Positions 38,871 to 51,653 of a stretch of DNA of 64,000 bases are shown here, piece after piece (position 1 is the first letter of the stretch; the number at the start of each line of letters is the position of its first letter). The notes below the pieces were generated by a model. That model was not told the DNA's origin and made no database searches. It was given only the letters and a program-made list of their open reading frames with translations. The position numbers and the translations under genes are program-made. Location: assembly GCA_951406725.2 (NCBI GenBank), contig OX597826.1, positions 19,778,001-19,842,000 of the forward strand, written 5' to 3'. The stretch is from Octopus vulgaris (taxonomy: Eukaryota).

Positions 38871-39012
<142 letters not shown>

Positions 39013-40156
39013 AGAAAATAGTCAAAAGTGAAAAAACTACAGAAGGCTTGTTTTAAAGGTTAAAAAATATATATTTGAGTCATTATGTCAGAAGAATGTT
39101 ATACATTTTTTTGATACAATGACATAGTTTTTGAAGAAATGACCGGTTTCGCGTTCAGCTTTTCAAATTTCTTACATCGTTATGTTTACGTTGAGAAGTG
39201 TAAAGAAGAGTTCCAGATAAGGGGAGGTAATAAGTGATTTCCTCCGGTGTAAGTGAGATAATCGCTTAATATTTCTTGCCTTTTTTGGGAGGTGAGTTTC
39301 TCTGTATAAGAATGTTGGAATGGTTAAGTTTGGGCTTATATTTTTGAATGAAGAATGTTTCCTTGTTTAGTCTAATTTGTGTTGATGATCCGAAAGCACA
39401 TTGGTAAAATGGAAAGATTAAAAATTGTGGTAGTAGTTGCTTTGCGCATTTCTCAATGTGCTCACTAAAGGGTATCATTCTGTATTCTGGGAATGCAATC
39501 TGTTGTCGATGCAGTGTGCATCTACGTCTGAGTGATAGTCCCGTGGACCCCACGTAGTTTTGGTAGCAGCCCGAGCATCTTATGACGTAAATTATGTTTT
39601 CAGAGGCACAAGTAAAATTAGATTTGATCTTGAATTTCTGTCCCTCTTTGAAGAGGAATTCTGATCCTTCTAGCAGGTTTGGACATGTTGCACAGTTCGG
39701 TCTACCACATTTTTTAACTTTTGCATCCGTAATTTCAGAAAACAATTTTGCCTTTGTGAGAATCTTTTTAAGTGATTTAGGTTGTTTGTTGCTTTTAATG
39801 ATTTGGTGTATGTTTAGAATTTCTTTTAATTTGGGCTCCTTATGAAGTATTGGTAAATTCTGGGTGATGATGGTGAAGGCTTCTTTGTTTCTGGGGTTGT
39901 ATGTGGATATGTAAGGTAGTATTTTCGGGGAAGGTGTGTTGTTGTGTTGAACTTTTCTCAAAGTTTCTATGTCAATTTCTGTTGCACGTCTGATCCCATC
40001 CTCTATGAGTTGAGCTGGGTAATGTCTGTCAATTAGGGTGTTTTTGAGTTCTTGCAGTCTAAAGTTCCTGGTATTTTGTTCTGACACTATTGTGCATATC
40101 CTTCTTGCAAGGTTGAAGGGGATGTTTGTTTTAGTGTGTCTTGGGTGGCATGAATC
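39013..40156 (-). mobile_element. 5'-truncated Penelope-like element (Neptune-like) with an open GIY-YIG domain, between (TA)n tracts
   Basis: ORF 39266-40087 extends upstream to SCHPRH. CGRPNCATC, FTCASENIIYVIRCSGC..YVGST, R...HRQQI, ETFFIQKYKPKLN. Confidence 0.9.
39134..39173 (-). ncRNA. Minimal hammerhead ribozyme, U3:A8 core variant
   Basis: Minus strand reads aagaaat TTGAAAA gc tgaac gc GAAAC cg GTC atttctt. Perfect 7-bp stem I, ~90 nt downstream of the GIY-YIG stop on the same strand. Confidence 0.8.
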
Positions 40157-40361
40157 AAAATATATATATATATATATATATAAACTTAGTTTGATTTAAA
40201 AACCCCACTAGAATGCGAGAAAGCGCTAATACATGATCTAAGTTATATGATGTATAAAAAATGTAATATACAAATAAATATCTGTAAATATAAACCATCC
40301 GACTTTCTGAGTACCTCATTTCTTCTAATATAAAATACCTGTACATCATCTCCAAACCTTC

Positions 40362-40462
<101 letters not shown>

Positions 40463-40520
40463 TGTATGTATGTATGTATGTATGTATGTATGTATGTATG
40501 TATGTATGTTTGTATGTATG

Positions 40521-40565
<45 letters not shown>

Positions 40566-40568
<3 letters not shown>

Positions 40569-41223
40569 AAAAATGAAGTTCGAAAATGCTGCTGTATTAT
40601 ACATTTTTAATTTTTATATATACATTATAACATGTTTCAGTTCCTGAAATGAACCTTATCAAAAAAAGTTATATATAAAAAAAGTTATATATAAAAAAAG
40701 ACAGCTCATGCCGTCAAACACAAGAAATTCATTTATAATACACAACGGAGTCAGACATCTTAGAGTTCATGTATAGTTGATATATAGTTTGAAGTATATG
40801 TTCAAAGTGTTCGATGCAGTGGCCCACGGTGGTGATACGTTTTCAATACAAAAAACAGATCAAAGTGGTGATCTGTTTTTTGTATTGAATACGTATCACC
40901 ACCGTGGGCCACTGCATCGAACACTTTGAACATATACTTCAAACTATATATCAACTATACATGAACTATATATCAACTATACATGAACTCTAAGATGTCT
41001 GACTCCGTTGTGTATTATAAATGAATTTCTTGTGTTTGACGGCATGAGCTGTCTTTTTTTATATATAGCTTTTTTTATATATAACTTTTTTTGATAAGGT
41101 TCATTTCAGGAACTGAAACATGTTATAATGTATATATAAAAATTAAAAATTGTATAATACAGCAGCATTTTCGAACTTCATTTTTTACAAATATATACCA
41201 ACTCGTATACGAGCTAATCCTAT

Positions 41224-41230
<7 letters not shown>
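40566..41230. repeat. Fold-back palindrome in (TA)n with two U3:A8 hammerhead motifs
   Basis: Arms 40566-40862 / 40870-41189 plus a ~40-nt right extension. TTGATAA ggttc atttcag gaact GAAAC at GTT at 41091-41124(+) and 40629-40662(-). Stem I is weak. Confidence 0.85.
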
Positions 41231-41269
<39 letters not shown>

Positions 41270-41271
<2 letters not shown>

Positions 41272-43630
41272 AGAGTTTCTTGTAGACTGCAAGGAAAGCA
41301 TGGTCATGCAGCCTACAAGAAGCTCTCAGAATCTTTCCAGCTTGAACTTCCATAAAGCAAAGTGGAAACAAATTGAGAAAGAGATCCTCAAACAAAACTG
41401 GCCTGAATGTCTTTCCTCACCAGACATCGACATGAAACTTCAACAATTCATGTCTGTAATGCAAGCCATATGCTACAAATGTGTCCCAGAGAGAAAGGCC
41501 ACTGTACACAAAGAGCAAAATCCCCAGAGAGAGGAAAATTCTAATGAGACGGCGTACAAATGTTTCAAATCGCCTAAACAAACAAGTTGAAAGCAGTGAA
41601 AAGTACCGCCTGAAAATAAAACTGTTGGAAATTGAAAAATGTCTGCAACTCTCCCATGAAAAGGAGAGCAGACAAAGAAGCCTGGGCTATAGACAACATA
41701 AAATCTAACCCCAGAGCTTTCTACAGGTATGCCAAAGAAACAGCTACGGTGCACTGTAGGATAGGGCCACTCCTTGAAAAGGATGGCACACTCACAGGAA
41801 ATCCAATGAGGATAAGTGAAATACTAAATGAGCAATTCAAGAGTATTTTCACTCCACCCCTTGGGCATTTTCAAGTCAGCAATCCAACTGACTTCTTTAT
41901 CACTGCAGATATAAAATCAGAGGCAGCGATGATTGATTACATCAATATAAAGGAAGACGATGTAATAAAGGCCATAGATGAAATGAAAACAAACTCAGCT
42001 ACTGGCCCCGATGGATTCCCAGCAATCCTTCTAAAAGTATGTAAGAGAGTTCTAGCAAGACCACTGCAGTTCCTCTTTCAGAGCTTCCTTGCAACTGGCA
42101 CACTTCCAAGAAAACTGAAGGAAAGTAAAATATGCCCTATTCATAAAGGAGGTAGCAGAGCGGAGGCCAAGAACTACAGACCTATCTCTCTGACCTCCCT
42201 CACACATCCCCAAGGTCATGGAACGAATAGTCAGAAGAAAACTAATCACCTTCCTTGAGGAAAATGACTTGCTGCCTGACACCCAACATGTTTCCCGACC
42301 AGGAAGAAGCTGCTTAACTCAGCTCCTACAACACTATGACTGGGTGGTGAAACGACTGCTCAACCACTCAAATGTGGAAGTCATACATCTCGACTTTGCA
42401 AAGGCCTTTGATAAAGTCGACCATGGAATGATATGTCACAGACTGCGTGATCTTGGCATAGTTGGAGAATTGGGAGAATGGCTTCATGACTTTCTGAAGG
42501 ATAGAAGTCAGGTGGTAGTAGCCAATAACAGGCAAATAGTGAGCCGTGTTCCGCAAGGCACTGTTCTGGGACCACTACTGTTCATAATGGCCCTCTCAGA
42601 CATGCCCTCAGCCACCCAGAGAGCCACGATCACAAGTTATGCAGATGATACAAAAGTTTCACAGATAATACAGAACCCTGAAGACACTATGCACCTGCAA
42701 TGTGAGCTGGACAAAATATACAAGTGTGCTGAAAAGAATAGCATGCAGTTCAATGCTGAAAAGTTTCAAGCTTTATGCTATTAGCATGCAAAACTAAATG
42801 CAATACCCAATAAATACACGGGACCTGGAGGGATTGCAATCCCAGAGGCACAATCAGTGCGAGACCTCGGTATTTACATGAGTGATGATGCAACCTTTCA
42901 TATGCATGTTGCTAAATTGGCAATGAAATGTAGGCGGCTGACCGGATGGATTCTTAGAACCTTTAGAACAAGAGACCAGGAAACCATGATGGTCCTCTGG
43001 AGGACACTTGTCCTAAGCCACTTTGACTATTGCTCTCAGCTATGGTCACCATCCAGTGTCAAGTTAATCACAGAAATTGAGGCGATCCAACGAAGCTACA
43101 CGAAGAAGATAGCCTCTGTGCAGCATATAAGCTACTGGGAAAGACTCAAGAGATTAAGACTATATTCCTTAGAGCGTAGGCGAGAAAGATATGCCATAAT
43201 ATACATCTGGAAGATCCTAGAAGGACTTGTCCCAAACTTTGGTATCGAGAGTTACACAAATGCTAGAACTGGGCGCCACTGCAAGGACTCCAAATTTGCC
43301 ACCAAGATGTAGGACAAGATACTGTGATAGCCTGGGCTTCAGAGGCCCACAGCTCTTCGATATCCTCCCGAAGAACCTGAGAGACCTGCATGGGGTGGAC
43401 GCAGATGTCTTTAAATAAAATAAAACTGGTTCTCTTCCTGTCAAGTGTCCCAGATGAACCAACTTCACGGCAAGAGGTGTAGATGAGAGCAGCTGCATCG
43501 AACTCTCTCATGCACCAAATGGCAATTGATAAAAAGCATTCGTGAAGTAAAATTATGTAGCAACACCAAATGACGGTGCCCCTGCATGGCCACAGCTCGT
43601 GAGCTGAAACTAGTTGAAATAAAACTAAAA
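41270..43630 (+). mobile_element. 5'-truncated CR1/L2-like LINE, frameshifted
   Basis: NFHKAKW, SATGPDG, NYRPISLTS, IHLDFAKAFDKVDH, VPQGTVLGPLLF, SYADDT, RDLG, SYWERL..YSLERRRER. A-rich tail at ~43615. Confidence 0.9.
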
Positions 43631-43641
43631 TAAAATAAAAA

Positions 43642-43684
<43 letters not shown>

Positions 43685-43688
<4 letters not shown>

Positions 43689-44692
43689 TAGAAATAAAAC
43701 AACTATTAGGCAACTCAAACAGTGATAGACATAAACCAAAACATAAAAAACAAAATATAATTAATATAATATCCAAAATATATATAAAGTATAAAATTTA
43801 AAATTTAAATTGTTAAAATTTGAAATTTTTAAATTTATATCTATAAATTTTTATATTTTTATATTTTAAATTTTAAATTTATTAATTTTTAAACTTTAAT
43901 TTTTTTAAAAACTAACCAAAAAGTATTAAAAAGTTTAATATAATATAATAAGTAAAAACACTACGTACGTTTCATGGCTATAAATCAATTCGAATTACAA
44001 TTAAGTTTAAATTCAATTAAAAATTCGAATTAAAATTATAGTCAATCTTCAGGTTAATGATTGTAGTTAAATAAATAATGATAGTAGTTAAGTAGAGTTA
44101 AGCAATATTTTTTAAAGAAATAAATGAAATAATAATTTTTCTTATAAAAAACTCTATTATCAAATTAGAAACTTAAAACATATGTCATACAACCCATTTA
44201 TTATGTTAAATATTAATTTTGAAGGTAAAAAAATAGATTAAAAAATGTATTTATCTATTAAGATATAACATGGCTTTAAAAAACATAATAAACTCACAAA
44301 TATCGTTAACTCAGTTATAGTCAATATCTAATTACCAAAATATTTAACAAAATAATCACTATTCCTATTTTAAAATTTAAGTTCAAATCTAATAATTATA
44401 AAAAAGTTTAAAAATTTATAAATTTAAAATTTAAAATTAAAAAATATAAAAATTTATAGATATAAATTTAAAAATTTCAAATTTTAATGATTTAAATTTT
44501 AAATTTTATACTTTATATATATTTTGTATATTATATTAATTATATCTATTTTGTTTTTTATGTTTTGGTTTATGTCTATCACTGTTTGAGTTACCTAATA
44601 GTGGTTTTATCTCTAATTTAATTTATATTTATACTGTGAAATTTGATTTAATCCTAAATCTAATTTTTCTCTGTAAGTTTGTATATACTCCC

Positions 44693-44700
<8 letters not shown>
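43685..44700. repeat. AT-rich family A pLTR with an inverted partial copy, between (TA)n and (AAT)n
   Basis: 43685-43900 is inverted at ~44400-44625. The right side carries the outer extension. Homologous to 28940-30222. Confidence 0.85.
43959..44055 (-). ncRNA. Hammerhead motif with long stem II
   Basis: Minus strand reads aac CTGAAGA ttgactataa..aattcgaatt...aattcgaatt..ttatagccat GAAAC gtac GTA gtg. Confidence 0.7.
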
Positions 44701-44767
<67 letters not shown>

Positions 44768-45036
44768 TATAAGTTAATTGCATTGCAATTAAAACACTTG
44801 TGTATTAAGAATTTGGGTATTATACCAACAGTATAGTGGATAAATATTATCCCTTAGTGTTTTGGATCCATAACCCGTAACTTACTTGGTGTTATAAAAT
44901 TGATTATATGACGAATATCCATTGCTAATAATTGTATATGTATGAATTATCTATGCAATATTTGGAATATTGCCAGTATAAGTGAATACATTTAAGTATA
45001 GTATAATAATCCCTCAAAATGAATACTGTTGGAAAA

Positions 45037-45365
45037 ATGGAGATAATACGGATGGATTCATTGCTAAAGGATATACCCATACCAACTAAGGACAATTACA
45101 TCAAAGAATTAATATTTAGGATTAACGAATTTATCCATAGAATCCGATGGAAATCTATACCCATGAAAAGAATCTCACCAAATTAAGCTATGAAGCTAAA
45201 AATGACCACAACTAAGCGAGAATCAGAAGTAACTATGAGAAAATAATGGAAATTACTAAGAATACATTTAAATCCAGAAAAGCACCACCACCATACTTGG
45301 ACTACTTCGAACAAGATCTATGGAGTACCATAAAAAATATCAAATTCAAGAATCATCCACAAGAG
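45037..45365 (+). mobile_element. PLE N-terminal fragment (Naiad-like), homologous to 8737-9030
   Basis: LKDIPIPTKDNYIKELIFRINEFIHRIRWK, FKSRKAPPP..FEQDL...KNIKFK. Confidence 0.75.
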
Positions 45366-45619
45366 TGATTTTAATGATTTCAATAATTTATATTATGATT
45401 TTTATATTTGTATTCTCATCTTATATGTATTGAATTATAATGTATATATGTATGTTATTAAGGTTCTCATTTTTGTTAAATAAATAAATAAGTCAACACT
45501 ATAATATCCTAAAGCTGATGAACCAACTAAATTGTTTCTCCATTTTCTTATTTGTATTATATATATATAAATCCTTATAATCCTTAAAAATGTTTTAGCC
45601 CGAAGGCCGCAGCCGTGTG

Positions 45620-45682
<63 letters not shown>

Positions 45683-45945
45683 ATAATTTAAGGTATCTAA
45701 GAGATACTACCACGCTGGAAATAGCAGCCAAAACTTGACTCTAAAAACCACATTAAATGTTCATACAGCACTAGTGGTGTATGAATATTTATTGTGGTTT
45801 TAGATTCAATTTTCGGCTGCTATTTCCAGCGTGGTGGTATCTCTTAGATACCCTAAATTATAATTTTAATAATAATTACCTTTGAAGGTTTTTATCCCCA
45901 CGCTGGCCACTTGATAAGATCGATATTTAAATTAATGATCTTATT

Positions 45946-45950
<5 letters not shown>
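45683..45950. repeat. ~180-bp hairpin in (TA)n with a right extension
   Basis: 45683-45861 folds about the central cactagtg. Confidence 0.85.
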
Positions 45951-46024
<74 letters not shown>

Positions 46025-47349
46025 TATATATATATATATATATTACACAAAATGAGATAACAAAGTGAAGGCTGTGAGAAGTTCTCTGGACATTTATAAG
46101 GTGAGATATAGACATAGTCTGAAGACTCGTTTTCTCTAATATATATATAAAGATGAATTAAATAGAGAGATACTATTGACATCCAATAATATATTTTTAT
46201 TATATTATAATATTACAATATTTCATAATATACTATGAATATAATATAACATAATTATATAACATAGATAATTATTAAAAAAAACAAGAAGGCCAATAAA
46301 TTGTTTCGACTTATATAAAAAAATTCTGATATATATATCATGACTTTTGAGTAGATATGTGTGCGACATGCATGTATGTATGTATGTATGTATGTATGTA
46401 TGTATGTATGTATGTATGTATGTATGTATGTATGTATGTATGTATGTATGTATGTATGTATTTAGGAGTTTAGCGGAGAGACTCGTATTGATATAAACAT
46501 AAAGTGGGGTTGTGTTTATGCGTTTTTTTTTAGTTAAGTGTGTATGTGTGCATATGTGGAAGTCTTATGACGTGGGATAGTGTGGTCGTGGGTGATATGT
46601 ATGTGTAATAATTCTGTCTGATAAGAAAGTCTGGGAGTGAGGATGTAGTAGCCGGAGCCAACGTGTGGTAAAATGGAAGTGGGGAGGAATATGTGTGAGA
46701 GATGTTGTTAGAGAAGTGAGAGAGGAAAGAAGAAAAATGTCCGTATAATATGAGTATAAAAAGGAAAGTATTTCTTTGTTTTTGTGAGAGAAGTAAATTT
46801 AATAGGGCATGTATTTTTCCAAAATTCTGTTCATTATGTCCAGACTGTAATTGTTACTAGACTTCTTACTTCAATGGCTTTGTTCATATTTTTGCATTCT
46901 TTTCTCGTAAACATTCATTTTGCAATATTCGTTTATTCCAAACTGCCACCTACGCTATTTCTGGTTGCTTCATTTGTTCATTGGGAAACACAAAGAAAAA
47001 ACATTTAAACCCATAGAAAGCAAGATATGTGCACGAAAAAAGTTAAAGGATTTATATAATTTCAGTGAAATTTTTCCCGTTTAGATAATTTAGATAAAAT
47101 ATAAAACGAACCATGAAACGGAAACTGGTTGATACACATGCATATATACATACATACATACACATACATACATACACATACATACATACATACATACATA
47201 CATACATACATACATACATACATACATACATACATACATACAAACGAAAATACTCTGTTGCTAATGTCGAAATTCCAATGAAACCAGCTCTTTCTCTATT
47301 GGTAAGAAATCTTGAAATAAAACTGAACAATATACGTACATACGTACAT

Positions 47350-48212
47350 ATCAACCAAATACCTGATGCTAAAAAGGGACAGAGACGCAGGAAAAGCAGT
47401 AAAATGTGATAACCGATGCAGACTTTGTGGAGTTAACACCGAAGATATCTCCCATAAGCAGTTGTCCAAAAATGTCATCACAGTATTATCTCCCGATGAG
47501 ACATGATGTAGTCAGAACACTATATATTGAGATTACTTGGAAGGATAACCCCGATGCCAAAGAAATAAGAACCTACAGTATGGTAGAAGCATAGCCACTC
47601 ATAATCAAAAGGAGTACTGGTGGAATGTCTCAGTGAAAACCTCAGTAAAATGTAAATACAATAGACCTGGCAGTAATTTGTGATAGAGAAAAACTGTTGT
47701 GGAAATCAGCTGCCCAGCAGATGTTGGCATAAAGCCAAAGATCAGGGAAAAAGAAAATGTCTATGCTGAACTATTCAGAAGTCTACAGCTTCTCTATCCA
47801 GAATACAAGTTCAGGTTTATACCTGTAATTATTGGGACACTGAGGTAACACACTGCCAATCTTGAGAAATACCAATCTTGATAAATTAGGAGAAAGCTGA
47901 TTCGAAGACTACAATTCCAAGCCATCACTGGAACTGTAAAAATCTGTAAAATTTTCCACAAGTTTATCATTTAAGAATATATAAGCATGTTTAGACATGA
48001 AACTATATGCATGAGAACGCATACATAAAACAAAACATAAAAATCTGCATATATACATGCACAAATAATACACACACATATGCATGCATACGTACATACA
48101 TACATACATATATACATGCATGCATACATACATACATACATACATACATACATGCATGCATACATACATACATACATACATACATACATACATACATACA
48201 TACATACATACA

Positions 48213-48243
<31 letters not shown>

Positions 48244-48345
48244 CCTGTTGATGTTGATATTCCAATGAAGGAGCCTTGGATCTAGGTTAGAAAGCGGCTT
48301 TTCTCTAACGGCAAGAAATCTTGAATAAAACTGAATATGACATAC
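47350..48345 (+). mobile_element. R4/Dong-like (RLE) non-LTR element 3' end, in (CATA)n
   Basis: ISSCPKMSSQYYLPMRHDVV, WWNVSVKT..YNRP, EISCP, IPVIIGTL, read across frameshifts. The terminal segment 48241-48345 is repeated at 47250-47340. Confidence 0.7.
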
Positions 48346-48352
48346 ATGCATA

Positions 48353-49599
48353 TTAGGTTGGCAACTATGTTCCCGTCGTTTTTTTTTAATTAAAAATTTT
48401 TTTAAAGTTTAATAAAAATAACAACTAATTAATCAATAATGTATTCACCCTTGTTGTTTACAACTTCTCAACGTTTAACAAGATTTTCAATACCTCGTTG
48501 GTAGAAATCACCCGATATCGACTCGAAAAATTGGTCTAACCAAGGTCTCAATTCTGCATCAGTAATGAACAAAACTCCGTGCCTAGCGTTTGCAACAGGT
48601 CGAAAGAGGTGGAAACCCGTTGGTGCCAAATCAGAAGAGTACGGTGAGTGTGGCAGCACTTCCCGGTCATGCGTTTGAATGGCTTCCTTGGTCATATTGG
48701 CGATATGAGGGCGGGCGTTGTCTTGCAGCAGAAGACGATTAGGTCTTTTCTCTTCAATAGACGTGTTAAGTCGTTCCATCTTTTGAACATAGAGTTCCAC
48801 GTTGACCGTTTGGTTCCGTTCAAGCAATTCGTAATGGATAATCCCACCATACGCACAACATCATTTTACGCGGAGGAAGATCTTGTTTCACGCGCAGTGT
48901 TGCTTGTTTACCAGGGCTAAGCTATTCCTTACGCTGCTTCATATTGATGTACAGGCACCATGTTTCGTCGGCAGAAACGATTCGGTAAAGAAATCGTTGC
49001 TTGTGTCCATGAGTTGAGCGGTGACGAGCAAGCAAACCAACGGAGAATGTGGCTGGATGATTTTTGTTGTTGTTACTTAAAGCATGCGGAACCCATGCTC
49101 CATTCTTCTGAACCTTTTCCTTCGAGTGAAGATGCTTCTGTATAGCAGTGTGGGAGCATTCCATTTTCTTTGCCAGTTGCCTTGTCGTTTGACGAGAATT
49201 TTCGTGCAAAATCTGGTTTAAACGCTCTTCATCGAACTCAACTGGATGGCCAGAACGAGGGGCATCTTTGAGGTCAAAATTTCCATTTTTGAACTCTGCA
49301 TACCCATCACGAGCGGTTCTTTCAGCTATGGCACCCTCTCCATACACAGCTCAAATGTTGTGAGCAGCTTTTGCGGCCTTAGAACTTTAATTAAAAGCAA
49401 AAAGAAGGAGATGTCGAAAATGCTCGTTTTTCTTAACTTTTAATGATCTGAAAATAAACAAAAATTAACTAAAATTAGCTAGAAAAGAAAAACAAAATAG
49501 ATTCCAAAATGATTCAAAAATAGAAAAATTGATTCCGAAATTTGAAAGTGCAATAAATTCCAAAATTTAAAAAACGGTGGGAACTAAGTTGCCAACCAA
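48353..49599 (-). mobile_element. Full-length mariner (DD34D), pseudogenised
   Basis: TA-flanked TIRs ttaggttggcaactatgttccc / gggaactaagttgccaaccaa. WVPHAL, ADETW, QDNARPH, PYSSDLAPT.FHLF. Stop at 48922 and frameshifts. Confidence 0.92.
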
Positions 49600-49719
49600 T
49601 ACATACATGCACGCATACATACATACATACATACATACATACATACATACATACATACATACATACATACATACATACATACATACATACATACATACAT
49701 ACATACATACATACATACA

Positions 49720-50215
49720 AAAATAGTACATTGGGAGTGAAAAATCCAACGTTTCGGATTGCGTCCTTCCTCAGGAAACAGATGACGGGAGAGAAAATAA
49801 TGTAAGACAGCAAAATTTTACATCCACTTCGTAAAAACAAAATATATGAAACTTATACGGAACGCAGGAAGTGGTAAGAGAGAGAAAATAGTGAGAGAAG
49901 TAGAAGGAAAGAGGAATAGAATGAAGGTGAAAAGCAAGTGAGGTCGAAAGTAAAGAGAAGGGAAAAGATGGGTTGAGAGGAGAGTAGAAACAAAAACGCT
50001 AATTTAAATCTGTTGGTGGCATGATATCAAGTTCGAATATGAAATGCTGTTCTTTCTACTTCCTTTAAAATGTGGATCTATAGTATGCTGAGATGCTGGA
50101 CACTGATAAGTGAATGATGGGAAGGCCATGTAGTATTCAAGTGGGCGGTTACAGGTTGGCCTAGCATACATGTTTCCGGAAAGCGATCGTCAAGAGGTCG
50201 GCCTGTTTCCCAAAC
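49720..50215 (-). mobile_element. PLE 3' end (GIY-YIG C-terminus plus pLTR), decayed
   Basis: ETGRPLDDRF, QPVTAHLN, EQHFIFELDIMPPTDLN*. Hammerhead downstream on the same strand. Confidence 0.7.
49745..49777 (-). ncRNA. Minimal hammerhead motif
   Basis: Minus strand reads ttc CTGAGGA a gga cgcaa tcc GAAAC GTT gga. Loopless ACGT stem III, typical of PLE minimal hammerheads. Confidence 0.7.
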
Positions 50216-50389
50216 GCAAAAAAGCGCCACAAAGTTTTTATATGATACATATATATATGGGTGAAATACAACAGAAGTTCTGTTTCATTGTATAATGCTA
50301 CATTTGAACGTTTCTTTAATATGTATATATAACATTATGTTGTTAAAAAAATGTCGCCTTCCCCTTTCCTTACCGACTTCCACGTCATT

Positions 50390-51653
50390 TGAAGCGGAGA
50401 CGTCTTCTAGATGTGCAGCAAGCCTGGATCACTTTCGCTACATTTGTGGAGAGTTTATGACTAAGAAACGTCAGAGAAACATCACCGAATTTGTCAGGAT
50501 ATCTTTCTGTGCCTAATTTGGAGTGAAATTAAGAGTAAAGAAGTGGATTCTTCATAAGGCCTGCTCAATTTGTGTTGAAGAACTAAACCACTGCATAAAA
50601 TGCCAAAAGAAGTCCTCGTTTTAGAGGTTCAATAATATGGAGGGAGCCTAAAAATCAATGATGACTACTACTTTTGCTCGTGTAAGGTGTAGGAACATCA
50701 TTGGAAAAGTGAGAAAAACTTTGTTTATCCAAATCTCCAATCAACACTGTGATCTGGTGTCCATGGACAAGAAGTTTCAGGCCCATTAACACCAGGAAAC
50801 ATTGAAGACATCACACGAGTTGATGATGAAACCTTCAATAGTAGATTTGCCACAGGATAGAGAGAGCTTCATGTATTGGCGTAGCAAGTTTTCTCCTCTA
50901 TCAGACGCCAAGAGTGACGAGGGTGTATATGTAGGACCAGATATAAGGAAACTTTTTAAGAATGAAAATTTTGAAAACTCTCTTAGTGATCCTGAAAAAG
51001 ATGCATGGATTAATTAAAGATGTAACGAAAATCTTGGGTAATCACAAGGATCCAAACTACAAAGACATAGTGGGAAGAATGCTGGAAAAGTTTGAGGCCT
51101 TAGGATGTAAAATAAGTATTAAAGTAAATTTCCTACATGCCCATTTGGACTTCTTTCCGGAAAATCTGAGAAATGTGCATGAGGAGCAGAGGAAATGCTT
51201 TCATTAAGACATGAAGGAGATGAAAAGATGTGAGGGAAAATGAATACTAATATGGTGGCTGACTACTACTGGATGAAGCATCGTGATCGAGGGATCAAAT
51301 GCTCACAAACAAAGGAGTTCCAGGCATAGTTCCCAAGATTTTGAGGTGAAGAGTCCAAAATAAAAAAAAAATGAATGGAACCCTTGTAAAAATCTATTTT
51401 CTCACCTTTCAATTGCATTTCTGTCATTTTATTTTGCAAAAAAAAAGTACTAAATTCATTGTTATTAGTTTCATTTTGTGCTGCCATCTGTAGATTTACC
51501 TCCAAATTAAGGTATATTTTATGATTGAACTGTGAGAAAACATTAGGTGACAGGAAAAAGCTTTTTCGGTATTGCCAATTAGCATCACAAAAATATATAA
51601 AGTAACACAATTATCAAAATAGTTTTCAAAAATTTCCATTTCGCAGACCTATG
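50390..51653 (+). mobile_element. Decayed DNA transposon, probably Chapaev3 (CMC superfamily)
   Basis: FRYICGEF, WREP..DDYYFC, LSDAK..EG.YVGPDIRKL, LGN..PNY, LGCKISIKVNFLHAHLDFFPENL..V.EEQ..CFH, ADYYW. Family assignment is from memory of these motifs. Confidence 0.7.
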
